A DNA stretch of 48,845 nucleotides from Oscillospiraceae bacterium (GCA_031548405.1 JAVBRC010000036.1:1-48845), one strand, 5' to 3'; counted from the first letter of the stretch, positions 39,024 to 48,845 are shown. Notes: generated by a model from the letters alone, not told the origin. Numbers and translations are program-made.

Positions 39024-39064
39024 CACTTTATAGCAAAACTGTCACAATGCATAATAAAAATTGA

Positions 39065-40384
39065 TTATTTTAGCGAATATGCACAATTAACTAATTGAAT
39101 AGGATCGTTTTCAATAGAATCCGTCATAACTTTATCAAGTAAGAGATTAAGAACCTCTTTTATTTTTATACCCTCAAAACCAATTTCCATTAAATCATTG
39201 CCATTTATTTTAAGGTCTTTTATGCTGACACAATCATTATTTTCCAGTATTTCTTTAATAATACGTTCCTGATTATCAGATTCTTTCAAACGTTCACGGC
39301 AAAACTCATGTTTTGAAAGAGAATCTGCACGTTGAACATCAATTAAACTCAAAGCATTTTCAAAGCCAATTTGTCCGACCAGTTTTCTTATTTCATATTT
39401 ATCTTTCAATTCGTCACTATGATGTATAATAAGTGTTTTCACTGAATCAATAGTATTATTGGAAAATCTCATTCTTTTCATAATAATTTCAGCGATTTGG
39501 GAGCTCCTTAGCGGGTGTCCTTTAAAATGTCCTCTGCCATTTTCATCTATCACACAGCATTCTGGCTTTGAGATATCGTGAAAAAACATTGCTATTTTAA
39601 CATTTTCCTTTTGAGAGCTTTCTTTTACGGCGTGAATAGTATGTTCCCAGACATCAAATTTGTGATATGGGCTATGCTGTTCAAAGTTGAAACAAGGGAC
39701 TATTTCAGGTATAAAAACAGCAATAATATCCCTGTATTCTCTAAGAATATTGTCTGCACACTTTCCGAAAATCAACTGAACAAATTCGCTTGTTATTCTT
39801 TCGTATGAAATTTTCTCTAAAAGCTTTTTACATTCAAAAACTGCATCATACGTAGCTGTATCAAGAGAAAATCCAAGCCTTGAAGCAAATCTCAACGCTC
39901 TCATTATTCTTAACCCATCTTCCGAGAAACGCTCTTTAGCATCGCCTACAGTTCGTATAATGCCATTCTTTATATCAGATTTACCCCCAAACAAATCGAT
40001 AATTTCCCCATTACGGCTCATTGCCATAGCATTCATTGTAAAATCACGACGCTTCAAGTCATCTTCAAGATAGTTTGTGAAAATCACGCTATTTGGATGA
40101 CGGCTATCAGTGTAGTTCATATCAATGCGATAAGTGGTAATTTCAACTGTCTTTTCGTTAATGACAACAGTAACAGTACCATGCTTTTCACCTGTAAGGA
40201 TAACTTTATATTCGCTAAATATAGTTTTGAGTTGGTGGGGGAGTGCATTAGTTGTAATATCAAAGTCATTTGGAGTAACATTCATTATAAAATCCCTTAC
40301 GCAGCCTCCGACAAGGTATGCTTCAAAGCCATTTTTATCAAGTTTTTTTATCACAGTCAGTACATAGTCTGGAATATTTTGCAT
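39065..40384 (-). CDS. cca: CCA-adding tRNA nucleotidyltransferase with HD domain
   Basis: VGGCVRD, DFD, RRDFTMNA, EDGLRIMR and ERI motifs; DVWEHT...FHDISKP. Confidence 0.9.
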   Translation of the reverse strand: MQNIPDYVLTVIKKLDKNGFEAYLVGGCVRDFIMNVTPNDFDITTNALPHQLKTIFSEYKVILTGEKHGTVTVVINEKTVEITTYRIDMNYTDSRHPNSVIFTNYLEDDLKRRDFTMNAMAMSRNGEIIDLFGGKSDIKNGIIRTVGDAKERFSEDGLRIMRALRFASRLGFSLDTATYDAVFECKKLLEKISYERITSEFVQLIFGKCADNILREYRDIIAVFIPEIVPCFNFEQHSPYHKFDVWEHTIHAVKESSQKENVKIAMFFHDISKPECCVIDENGRGHFKGHPLRSSQIAEIIMKRMRFSNNTIDSVKTLIIHHSDELKDKYEIRKLVGQIGFENALSLIDVQRADSLSKHEFCRERLKESDNQERIIKEILENNDCVSIKDLKINGNDLMEIGFEGIKIKEVLNLLLDKVMTDSIENDPIQLVNCAYSLK

Positions 40385-40519
40385 TGTTTTACTCTCCGTT
40401 TATTTATCACTATTGCTCCTCCAATTAAACATTGACAAGTATTGACGGCAATATTTAGTTGGCGGAGCAATATAATATTATCATATATAATTGTAATGGT
40501 CAAGTGCTTCCTTAAACTT

Positions 40520-40606
40520 TAAAAGTCCATTGAGCTTATAGATAAACGCTCAATGGACTTTTAGTTTGTGAGGTGATGTTCAAAGTGTCTGGGAAGTCGC
40601 CCCTAA
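40520..40606. repeat. Repeated hairpin copy 3 plus degenerate REP
   Basis: aaaagtccattgagc...gctcaatggactttt; downstream flank similar to 32965-32990. Confidence 0.8.
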
Positions 40607-40648
40607 GTTATCCTTGATAAATGCCTAATGAACGCAACAACACGCTGC

Positions 40649-41884
40649 CTACATCAATCCCGCAACACTTACATATATATTTGAAATCCTATACCATGTC
40701 GCAAAATCAACCTCGCCTGTATGCGGAAGATTAAAAATCTCCTGAAATGTTAAAACAGCTGTTTCAGTTTCAGCACCGTAATTGCCATTTGGATTAACTT
40801 TATTTATAGCTGGAAAATTCTGCGAAATCCTATTGAGCTGACGCTGAATTGTTTCAACATCACTTCCCTTTGAACCGATTTTCAGTACTTGACCTGGGAA
40901 TGACACTGGAACACCCTCTACCTTAGCAGCGGTTTCTAAATATACATCTGAACCATAATAATTTCTTAAAATACTTATTGCATCATATCCCTGATTACCT
41001 AATTGCTGTGAACCCCATTGTGATAAACCATTACACTGAACCCTTACACCATCACAATATTGTGCAAAAAGCGGTTGAACAATATTAGGCTTTGTTATAA
41101 ACGTGTTGAAAATGTCATCAACAACATTTGAGATTTCAAGAAAAACATTTCTTCCTAAAACAAATGATTGATCATATGCAGTTGAATTTGTTATAGTGAA
41201 ATTAAAACCCTTGCTTCGATACCATTCAGTATAAACTCTGTTGAGAGTAAATGAAATTATTGCCAAAACATTTGCTTTGATAGTTTCCGTATTCCATGTT
41301 GAATATATTTCACTGCTGGCAACGTTCTTTATGTAATCCTTGAAATAAATCCATACATTTTCAGCCTTTGTGTCTTCTGGACGTCCCAGATGAACAACGA
41401 TAAACTCAGGAACAACAGGTTCTGGCAAAACAACGTATCCACTGCTCTGAGGCATTGGCTTAACCTCTGACTCAGGGATTTTTGGCAAATAATCGCCCCA
41501 GAGCGTATGTGGTGTTATTAGAATATTTTGTGGGTTTTCAATGTCTTCTGTTGCCCTTGTTAATCTGATTGGCTGTATTGCAAGACTTTGTGCGAGAATT
41601 TGTACTCCCATAACATTTTGCAACTCAAAGCCAGTCGCTAAGATGGATAGGTTATATACTGCATAAGGACGGATTTCGGATTCTTCTTCTTGAGATAACT
41701 CGACTGGCGGGGCAGGAAGTTCGATTGAAATTGTCTGACCAGAAATATTTGTCAGGATTTCATCAACAGTTTCACCAGTTGCACTATCAGCAATTCTGAC
41801 CGTTGCATCTTCGATTGGCATAGTTTCTTCGCCTTTTAGTACATTAATCTGAAGGCTGCCTATGTCTGTGTAATTAGGATTCAT
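40649..41884 (-). CDS. sleC: SleC-like spore cortex-lytic enzyme (SpoIID/LytB domain plus peptidoglycan-binding domain)
   Basis: PEFIVVHLG.P, FKDYIKNVASSEIYSTW, LNRVYTEWYR and QYCDG..V.C..LSQWGS motifs. Confidence 0.85.
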   Translation of the reverse strand: MNPNYTDIGSLQINVLKGEETMPIEDATVRIADSATGETVDEILTNISGQTISIELPAPPVELSQEEESEIRPYAVYNLSILATGFELQNVMGVQILAQSLAIQPIRLTRATEDIENPQNILITPHTLWGDYLPKIPESEVKPMPQSSGYVVLPEPVVPEFIVVHLGRPEDTKAENVWIYFKDYIKNVASSEIYSTWNTETIKANVLAIISFTLNRVYTEWYRSKGFNFTITNSTAYDQSFVLGRNVFLEISNVVDDIFNTFITKPNIVQPLFAQYCDGVRVQCNGLSQWGSQQLGNQGYDAISILRNYYGSDVYLETAAKVEGVPVSFPGQVLKIGSKGSDVETIQRQLNRISQNFPAINKVNPNGNYGAETETAVLTFQEIFNLPHTGEVDFATWYRISNIYVSVAGLM

Positions 41885-41955
41885 AAATATCACTCCTCTT
41901 TCATAATAATTGATATGATTTGAAATTAAAATAAATTCTATGGAGATGTGAAATT

Positions 41956-42216
41956 ATGGAAAAAGTACAGTGCAAATATCCACCATCACGCCCCCCACGT
42001 ATTAATCCAAGTTATGTTAATATTTTAAGCGGTACAGGAAAGGACTTCATTCCAGCTTATATAAATAATATAACATATATCTGGCTTAATAATGGCTTGT
42101 CAATGTGGATTTTTCCTGTTGAAACTATCGATGATTTATTATTATGCTATGTCTGGGAAAAAAATAAGTGGAGATATAAAAGAATTAGTATTTCAAATAT
42201 TGATTGTGTTTATTAG
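41956..42216 (+). CDS. Small hypothetical protein in the germination locus
   Basis: GGAG SD; PPSRPP and TYIWLNNG...W.FP pattern. Confidence 0.6.
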   Translation: MEKVQCKYPPSRPPRINPSYVNILSGTGKDFIPAYINNITYIWLNNGLSMWIFPVETIDDLLLCYVWEKNKWRYKRISISNIDCVY

Positions 42217-42332
42217 GAGGAATTGTAAGAATCGAAATCGCAATTTGCATAAATATGCTGTGTGATATTACTCTAAGGAAAGGCGGACGGATTTATGATT
42301 TATAGATTTATTTCTGTTTGTAGAAAAGATAT

Positions 42333-44003
42333 ATGGATTACTATATGACTAACGTCGAAGCGCTTGCCAATATATTTTATACTATTAATGAACGGCGTGA
42401 ATTTATCGTAAAATATAACGGAGATATAGAAAGGGTTGAAAACGAATTAAATGCCTCCGTTGAGATTTTAAGTAATCAATATGCAATTATAACTATCAGG
42501 GTTTCAGATTTGCCGACATTATATGAATATAAAGAAGTCGAATATATTGAGCTTCCTAAAAATCTCTTCACTGCAATAAGCAGTGGTTTGAATTATTCAT
42601 GTATTACCCCAGTAAAACGTCCTATCCCCTATAATTTAACTGGAAAAGGTGTTGTTGTTGGAATAATAGATTCGGGTATAAACTTCACTCATCCCGAATT
42701 TATTAACCCAGATGGAACAAGCAGAATTGCATGGCTTTGGGATCAGAATATCCCTGGAAATCCCCCTAATGGTTTTAATATTGGCAGTGAATATTCAAAT
42801 GCAGATATAAATGCAGCACTAGCTTCTGATACTCCGTTTACGATTGTTCCAAGTGTCGACACCGCAAATCATGGAACACCTATTGCAGCAATAGCTTGTG
42901 GAAATACTGGTGCCGCCTCAGAGTCATCAATAATTGTTGTAAAGTTAGGTTTTACAGGATTCAGTAATTTTACACGAACAACTGAAATTATGCGAGCATT
43001 AAAATATGTCCTTGATAAATCAGTTGAAATGAATATGCCTTGCACAATTAACCTTAGCTATGGAAGTAACGAAGGTTCTCATACTGGTCAGACGCTTTTT
43101 GAATCCTTTATTAACGATTCAACAGCACGCTGGAAAAACTGCATAGTATCAGCATCAGGAAATGAAGGTGCATCAGGGCATCATTATTATAATATAGTTA
43201 ATCAAGGTGAAACACTTGAAATTCTTTTTACAGTTGCAACTAGTTCAAAGTCTTTGTATGTCAGTATTTGGAAAAACTTTGTCGATAATATAACATTTGA
43301 GCTTGTTGCACCAAGTGGTAAATCAACCGGCATTATTGCGTCTCAAAACAAGTTTACGCAAGTTACAATAGATGGTGTGAAAATATCTATTATTTATACT
43401 GCACCAAGTCATTTTGGAATTTCCCATGAGGTTTACTTTCATTTTGAATCACTTTCTGAATCAATGCCCTCAGGTGTTGTAACACTTATTGCAAGAGGAG
43501 TGGATATAACTGATGGTGCAATAAATGCATGGCTGCCTACTGATGAGGAAGTAAGCTCATACACATCATTTTTGCGGCCTACAACAGATCTGACAATGAC
43601 ACTGCCATCAACTGCTTCTAATCTTATTTCAGTTGGTGGATACAGAGCAAATACAGATACAATTAGTGTATTTTCCGGTAGGGGTGATCCGATGTGTAAC
43701 AGCAGAGTGAAACTTGATTTAGTTGCACCTGCTGAAAATATAGTGTCCGCTTCTGCAAGCGGCGGCTATTCATATTATTCCGGAACAAGCATGGCGGCAC
43801 CTTTTGTAACAGGTTCAACTGCGTTAATGATGGAATGGGGTATTGTAAGAGGCAATGACCAATTTTTATACGGACAAAAAATCAAATCATTTTTATGCAG
43901 AAATGCACAAAGAAATATGCATATTAATTATCCTAATCCCATTTGGGGATATGGAAGGTTAAGCTTATGTAATGTCATCTACGATATGCAAAATTACATC
44001 TAA
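42333..44003 (+). CDS. Csp-type S8 subtilase (germination protease)
   Basis: Catalytic triad IIDSG / NHGT / GTSMA; GNEG; YPNPIWGYG; true start may be 42345. Confidence 0.9.
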   Translation: MDYYMTNVEALANIFYTINERREFIVKYNGDIERVENELNASVEILSNQYAIITIRVSDLPTLYEYKEVEYIELPKNLFTAISSGLNYSCITPVKRPIPYNLTGKGVVVGIIDSGINFTHPEFINPDGTSRIAWLWDQNIPGNPPNGFNIGSEYSNADINAALASDTPFTIVPSVDTANHGTPIAAIACGNTGAASESSIIVVKLGFTGFSNFTRTTEIMRALKYVLDKSVEMNMPCTINLSYGSNEGSHTGQTLFESFINDSTARWKNCIVSASGNEGASGHHYYNIVNQGETLEILFTVATSSKSLYVSIWKNFVDNITFELVAPSGKSTGIIASQNKFTQVTIDGVKISIIYTAPSHFGISHEVYFHFESLSESMPSGVVTLIARGVDITDGAINAWLPTDEEVSSYTSFLRPTTDLTMTLPSTASNLISVGGYRANTDTISVFSGRGDPMCNSRVKLDLVAPAENIVSASASGGYSYYSGTSMAAPFVTGSTALMMEWGIVRGNDQFLYGQKIKSFLCRNAQRNMHINYPNPIWGYGRLSLCNVIYDMQNYI

Positions 44004-44013
44004 GGGGGCTTAT

Positions 44014-45720
44014 ATGGAAATAACACCTGAACAAAGAGCATTTATTGATGCTCCTGATACAATTGATTTTATTGTAAGGCAAAGCTCATATTTCACCGAA
44101 TTTTTAAAAGATAATCCGAATGTAGTTCTTACTCAGACTCTTGGTGGAAGATATATAATTGGTTATGTAAAAGATTATTATTACTCTGAATTAATGAAGA
44201 CATTGGGAACAAGCTTTATGAGTTCGCTGCCAACTGTTCTGGGTACTCTTGACAGAGCGGCACTTGAATCTGCTGGTATTATACAAGTCCAGAACCAGCC
44301 GTATCTTGATTTGAAGGGAAGAAATGTTCTAATTGGATTTATTGACACAGGTATAGACTATACTCAACCTGTTTTTATTAATGAAGACGGAACAAGTAAA
44401 ATACAATTTATATTTGACCAGAATGTTACAGGTGAAATTATAGAAGATTTTTATATTGGAACAGAGTATGATAATGCAAAAATAAATGAAGCATTGAAGT
44501 CACCAAATCCATATGACATAGTTCCACAGAGGGATACGGTTGGGCATGGAACCTTTCTTGCATCAATTGCTGCTGGAAACACTGTAAACGATTTTACCAG
44601 TGCTGCACCTGCCTCAGAGATAATTATGGTTAAACTGAAAAAGGCACGTCCATTTTATCTTAAAAGATATTGTGTTCCACCAGAACAGGAAAGCGCTTTT
44701 GGTTCAACATCTGTAATGGTTGGTGTAGAATACATATTACGAAAGGGACGCCAACTTAACCGTCCAGTTGTAATTTGTATTGGATTAGGTACAAATTTTG
44801 GAAGTCATGATGGTTTCAGCATTTTCGAAGAATATTTAAGCAGTATATCTGCTTATAAAGGCGTGTGTATCTGTACGGCAGCTGGAAACGAATCACAAAG
44901 AAGACACCATAATCAGGGCGTTATAAGTAATCAAGGGGAAACTCGTGCACTTGATTTAAAGGTTGGCGACAACGCCGGAGATATTTATATTAATATCTGG
45001 AATTCAGTTTCAGACAGATTTTCCGTTTCAATTCGTTCGCCGACAGGAGAATACATCTCAAGGCTACCACCAAGACCAACCTCATTCACAGAAGTTTCAC
45101 TTGTATTAGAAAAATCTGATGTTACGGTGGATTATCATTTTCCAGTTGAGGGTAGTGGTGGTCAGGCTACAATTGTAAGAATACTTAATGCAACACCGGG
45201 TATATGGACAATAACGCTTCACGGAGATATTATTCTTGACGGAACATATCATGCATGGCTTCCAATCGAAGGGTTTGTATCTCCTACTGTAGAATTTTTG
45301 GAAACATCACCTTATAATACAATTACAATTCCAGCGACGATGATTGGTTCTATTTGTTGTGGAGCTTATGATATTATAAGTAACAGTTTATATCTTAATT
45401 CCTCATGGGGGCCGACAAGAAGTTCCTCTATGAGTCCTGATTTTGTAGCTCCGGGAGTAAATGTCGGTGGATATTTTCCATATGGGTATGGTGTTTCCAG
45501 CGGTACCAGCATTGCAACTGCTATTACAGCTGGTTCATGTGCCTTATTTCTTGAATGGGGTTTAGTTGATGGAAACGACACGTCGTTAAGTACATTCCAG
45601 ATAAGGGCGTATTTAATAAGGGGTTGTACGAGAAGTAACACTTTAATTTATCCGAATTACCAATGGGGATATGGAAGAATAAATGTATTCAATTCGTTTA
45701 ACTCTATGAGAGAGCTTTAA
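44014..45720 (+). CDS. Second Csp-type S8 subtilase
   Basis: Catalytic triad FIDTG / GHGT / GTSIA; AAGNE; YPNYQWGYG; start at ATG 44014 (AAGGGGG SD). Confidence 0.9.
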   Translation: MEITPEQRAFIDAPDTIDFIVRQSSYFTEFLKDNPNVVLTQTLGGRYIIGYVKDYYYSELMKTLGTSFMSSLPTVLGTLDRAALESAGIIQVQNQPYLDLKGRNVLIGFIDTGIDYTQPVFINEDGTSKIQFIFDQNVTGEIIEDFYIGTEYDNAKINEALKSPNPYDIVPQRDTVGHGTFLASIAAGNTVNDFTSAAPASEIIMVKLKKARPFYLKRYCVPPEQESAFGSTSVMVGVEYILRKGRQLNRPVVICIGLGTNFGSHDGFSIFEEYLSSISAYKGVCICTAAGNESQRRHHNQGVISNQGETRALDLKVGDNAGDIYINIWNSVSDRFSVSIRSPTGEYISRLPPRPTSFTEVSLVLEKSDVTVDYHFPVEGSGGQATIVRILNATPGIWTITLHGDIILDGTYHAWLPIEGFVSPTVEFLETSPYNTITIPATMIGSICCGAYDIISNSLYLNSSWGPTRSSSMSPDFVAPGVNVGGYFPYGYGVSSGTSIATAITAGSCALFLEWGLVDGNDTSLSTFQIRAYLIRGCTRSNTLIYPNYQWGYGRINVFNSFNSMREL

Positions 45721-45725
45721 AGTAA

Positions 45726-45886
45726 GAACCTGTCTTCACAAGAAAGTGCACGGATTTTTCAGGCATAATTTCGTCGCAGACAAGGCAAAAATCCGCAGGA
45801 ACGCTTGTGCCTTTCAAGGGTTTTTAACGAAGTATACGGGGAAATTTGCCGAAAAGACGTGTGCTTATGCTTGTGAAGACAGGTTC
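45726..45886. mobile_element. MITE with perfect 17-bp TIRs (161 bp)
   Basis: GAACCTGTCTTCACAAG / CTTGTGAAGACAGGTTC, flanked by TAA on both sides. Confidence 0.85.
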
Positions 45887-46027
45887 TAACATACACACGT
45901 TTGTGTGATGTTGTTTTATGGAAATGCAATGTCGCCTACTATTGCCGTTCATCGGACAACATAATGTTGCCAATGAACGGCGATTTAGTATAATTTCACA
46001 TTGCTATAAAAAAAATCAAAAAAGGTA

Positions 46028-46082
46028 TTGACAAAGTTGAAATTATAGTATATACTAAAAACATACCAAAGATATAGGAATA
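46028..46082 (+). promoter_or_regulatory. metY-cysK promoter with putative CymR-like (Rrf2) operator
   Basis: TTGACA-N17-TATACT followed by AAACATACCAAAGATATAGGAATA over the predicted +1. Confidence 0.55.
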
Positions 46083-46205
46083 GTCAGAAAGGTAAATTTT
46101 TATGAAATATTATAAAATAAGTAGTAAACGAATGTGTTCCATAAATTTTCACTTTAACATAATATAAGACTAATTTTAATTTAAACATTTATGGAGGGCT
46201 TAAAA

Positions 46206-47501
46206 ATGAGCATAACAGAAAACAGAAAACCAAGATTTGAAACTTTACAGCTTCATGTAGGACAGGAAACACCAGATTCAGATACAGGTGCAAGAGCAGT
46301 TCCGATTTATCAGACAACATCTTATGTATTCAGAGATTCAGAACACGCTGCTGCAAGATTCGGACTTACTGATGCTGGTAATATTTACGGAAGACTTACA
46401 AATCCGACACAGGACGTTTTTGAAAAGAGAATTGCTGCCCTTGAAGGCGGAATTGCAGCTCTCGCTGTTGCAAGCGGTGCGGCGGCTGTAGCTTATGCAA
46501 TTCAGAATATTGCGAAAAACGGTGACCATATTGTTGCATCTGAAACAATATATGGCGGTACATATAATCTTCTTGCACATACACTTCCACAGTATGGCAT
46601 TACAACTACTTTTGTTGATCCGACTGTTGAAGGCGGCTTTGAGGCTGCGATAAAAGAGAATACAAAGGCGATTTTTATCGAAACTCTTGGAAATCCAAAT
46701 TCAAATATTATTGATATTGAAAAAATTGCAGAAATTGCACATAATAATAAAATTCCACTCATAATTGATAATACATTTGCAACACCTTATCTTGTAAGAC
46801 CTATTGAATATGGTGCAGATATTGTTGTTCACTCTGCTACAAAGTTTATTGGCGGACACGGTACTTCACTTGGCGGTATAATCATCGACAGTGGAAAATT
46901 CGACTGGAAGGCAAGCGGAAAGTTCCCTACAATTACAGAGCCTGACCCTGGATATCATGGAATCAGCTTTGCAGATGTAGCAGGGGAGGCAGCATACATT
47001 ACAAGAATTCGTGCAGTACTTCTCAGAGATACTGGTGCAGCAATTTCACCATTTAACTCATTCATTCTTATTCAGGGGCTGGAAAGTCTTTCACTAAGAG
47101 TTGAACGTCATGTTGAAAATGCGATTAAGGTTGTAAATTTCTTGAAGAATCATGCCAAGGTTGAACACGTTAATCATCCTTCGCTTCCAGAAAACAATAA
47201 TACAGACCTTTATAACAAGTATTTCCCAAATGATGGCGGTTCAATCTTTACTTTTGAAGTTAAGGGCGGGGAAGTGGAAGCTAAGAAATTCATTGATAGT
47301 CTTGACCTTTTCTCACTTCTTGCAAACGTTGCAGATGCTAAATCACTTGTTATTCATCCAGCTTCAACAACTCATTCACAGCTTAGTGAAGGCGAGCTTG
47401 TAAAGCAGGGAATCAAGCCAAATACAATCAGACTTTCAATTGGAATAGAGCATATCGACGATATTATCTATGATCTTGAACAGGCATTTAGTAAAATATA
47501 A
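46206..47501 (+). CDS. metY: O-acetylhomoserine sulfhydrylase
   Basis: [27 protein letters not shown] and [19 protein letters not shown] motifs. Confidence 0.95.
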   Translation: MSITENRKPRFETLQLHVGQETPDSDTGARAVPIYQTTSYVFRDSEHAAARFGLTDAGNIYGRLTNPTQDVFEKRIAALEGGIAALAVASGAAAVAYAIQNIAKNGDHIVASETIYGGTYNLLAHTLPQYGITTTFVDPTVEGGFEAAIKENTKAIFIETLGNPNSNIIDIEKIAEIAHNNKIPLIIDNTFATPYLVRPIEYGADIVVHSATKFIGGHGTSLGGIIIDSGKFDWKASGKFPTITEPDPGYHGISFADVAGEAAYITRIRAVLLRDTGAAISPFNSFILIQGLESLSLRVERHVENAIKVVNFLKNHAKVEHVNHPSLPENNNTDLYNKYFPNDGGSIFTFEVKGGEVEAKKFIDSLDLFSLLANVADAKSLVIHPASTTHSQLSEGELVKQGIKPNTIRLSIGIEHIDDIIYDLEQAFSKI

Positions 47502-47520
47502 TTTTTAGGAGGATATTATT

Positions 47521-48456
47521 ATGTCAAAGATTTTTAACAACGTAACAGAGCTTATCGGTGGAACACCACTTCTCAAGCTGGATAATTATTCAGCATCAAA
47601 GAAGCTTGAGGCTACAATTATCGGCAAGCTTGAATTTTTCAATCCAGCTGGCAGCGTTAAGGATAGAGTTGCAAACAAAATGATTGCAGACGCTGAAAAG
47701 TCTGGTGTACTTAAAGCAGGTGCTACAATCATCGAGCCTACAAGTGGTAACACTGGTATTGGTCTTGCAGCAGTTGCGGCATCTAAGGGCTACAGAGCGA
47801 TTATGACAATGCCTGAAACAATGAGCATTGAAAGAAGAAAGCTTTTAAAGGGATACGGTGCTGAAATCGTTCTTACAGAAGGTGCGAAGGGCATGACTGG
47901 TGCTATTGCTAAGGCTGATGAGCTTAAAAATGAAATTGAAGGCGCTGTTATTTTGGGACAGTTCGTTAACCCTTCAAACCCACAGGTTCATTTTGAAACA
48001 ACTGGCCCTGAAATATGGGATGATACAGAGGGCAAGGTTGATATTCTTGTATCTGGTGTTGGTACTGGCGGTACATTAAGCGGTGCAGGAAAGTATCTGA
48101 AGTCTAAGAATTCTGCTGTTAAAATTGTTGCTGTTGAACCTGAAAATTCTCCAGTACTTTCAGGCGGTAACGCTGGTCCACATAAAATTCAGGGTATTGG
48201 TGCAGGATTTGTTCCAAAGACACTTGACACTAGTGTTTATGATGAGATTATTAAGGTTCCTAATGAAGTTTGCTTTGAGTCTGGAAAGGCAGTTGCAAAG
48301 ACAGAGGGTATCTTGATTGGTATTTCAGGTGGTGCGGCTGTATGGGCAGCTACTGAGCTTGCAAAGCGTCCAGAGAATAAGGGTAAGAACATTGTCGTTA
48401 TTATTCCTGACACTGGTGAAAGATATCTTTCAACTCCATTATTTGATGAACAGTAA
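47521..48456 (+). CDS. cysK: Cysteine synthase A
   Basis: [31 protein letters not shown] and [10 protein letters not shown] motifs. Confidence 0.97.
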   Translation: MSKIFNNVTELIGGTPLLKLDNYSASKKLEATIIGKLEFFNPAGSVKDRVANKMIADAEKSGVLKAGATIIEPTSGNTGIGLAAVAASKGYRAIMTMPETMSIERRKLLKGYGAEIVLTEGAKGMTGAIAKADELKNEIEGAVILGQFVNPSNPQVHFETTGPEIWDDTEGKVDILVSGVGTGGTLSGAGKYLKSKNSAVKIVAVEPENSPVLSGGNAGPHKIQGIGAGFVPKTLDTSVYDEIIKVPNEVCFESGKAVAKTEGILIGISGGAAVWAATELAKRPENKGKNIVVIIPDTGERYLSTPLFDEQ

Positions 48457-48471
48457 TTTATAAAATTAAGA

Positions 48472-48499
48472 AATGGTGCAACGTAATATTGCACCATTT
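48472..48499 (+). terminator. Hairpin after cysK
   Basis: aaatggtgcaa-cgtaata-ttgcaccattt. Confidence 0.65.
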
Positions 48500-48523
48500 A
48501 TGTTATTGTAACATACGTCGGCA

Positions 48524-48792
48524 GTTAATTAACCCCGCCGAACGGCGCATAGTTTAGTCAACTCGCAAGATTTAGACTTTCTTACGTTTCAAATAATTTG
48601 AAAGGCTAGTAGAACTCGACGTGGCACACAAGGGGCATGCTTCTCTTACAAAACAGTCCACCGAGAATTTAAGTTAATTAAGCCCGCTGAACGGCGATTG
48701 GGTGCAGCGTCACGCTGCACCTTTAAAAAGGGTTGACCTAAACTGTTTCACCATTCGGCGGGTAAAGTCAACTAACCCTGTCGAACGGCGAA
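48524..48792. repeat. Modular REP-like repeat, last copy
   Basis: cccgccgaacggcgcatagtttagtcaac, gtagaactcgacgt, and inverted gcagcgtcacgctgc..ctttaaaaagggttgacctaaact. Confidence 0.85.
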
Positions 48793-48845
48793 GTAGTATA
48801 AATAACAAATTCTATACACAAAACTAAAAAAGAGAACTCTAAAGA

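Noticed and set aside
316-48497. Numerous 60-160 aa ORFs antisense to or nested in annotated genes (e.g. 6414-6881, 23661-24149, 33852-34265)
   Set aside because: Shadow frames of well-supported genes, with no SD or recognisable motifs
4692-48792. Repeats as a CRISPR array
   Set aside because: Dispersed and modular, with no regular repeat-spacer period and no cas genes

Overview
48.8-kb chromosomal segment of a low-GC Firmicute, most likely Ruminococcus-like (Oscillospiraceae), inferred from a dockerin-bearing GH5 enzyme, a SCIFF locus and the gene content. Mostly housekeeping genes: xylA/xylB (separated by three accessory genes), aroB-aroA-aroC, Trk/Ktr K+ uptake, cobO, bioY, asnB-HD-pyrB, oppA, folC, two tRNA-Ser, cca, a SleC/Csp spore-germination locus and metY-cysK. 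Two peptide genes missing from the ORF track were read by hand: an AgrD-like autoinducer precursor (32641-32781) and a SCIFF/ranthipeptide precursor (34581-34718). The best candidate for an undescribed system is an Agr-like module at 30.3-32.8 kb. Both its sensor kinase and its LytTR regulator have lost their phosphotransfer residues while keeping open reading frames. They are divergent from agrD across three exact TTATGAACAA boxes at 22-bp period, there is no agrB in the window, and the module abuts the SCIFF operon. Intergenic DNA is dense with non-autonomous repeats: a modular REP/REPIN-like hairpin family at about 8 loci, three IS5-family-like MITEs with target duplications and a shared core, and a three-copy terminator hairpin. 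No transposase, integrase, CRISPR array or rRNA gene was seen. All family calls come from motif recognition by eye; no searches were run.
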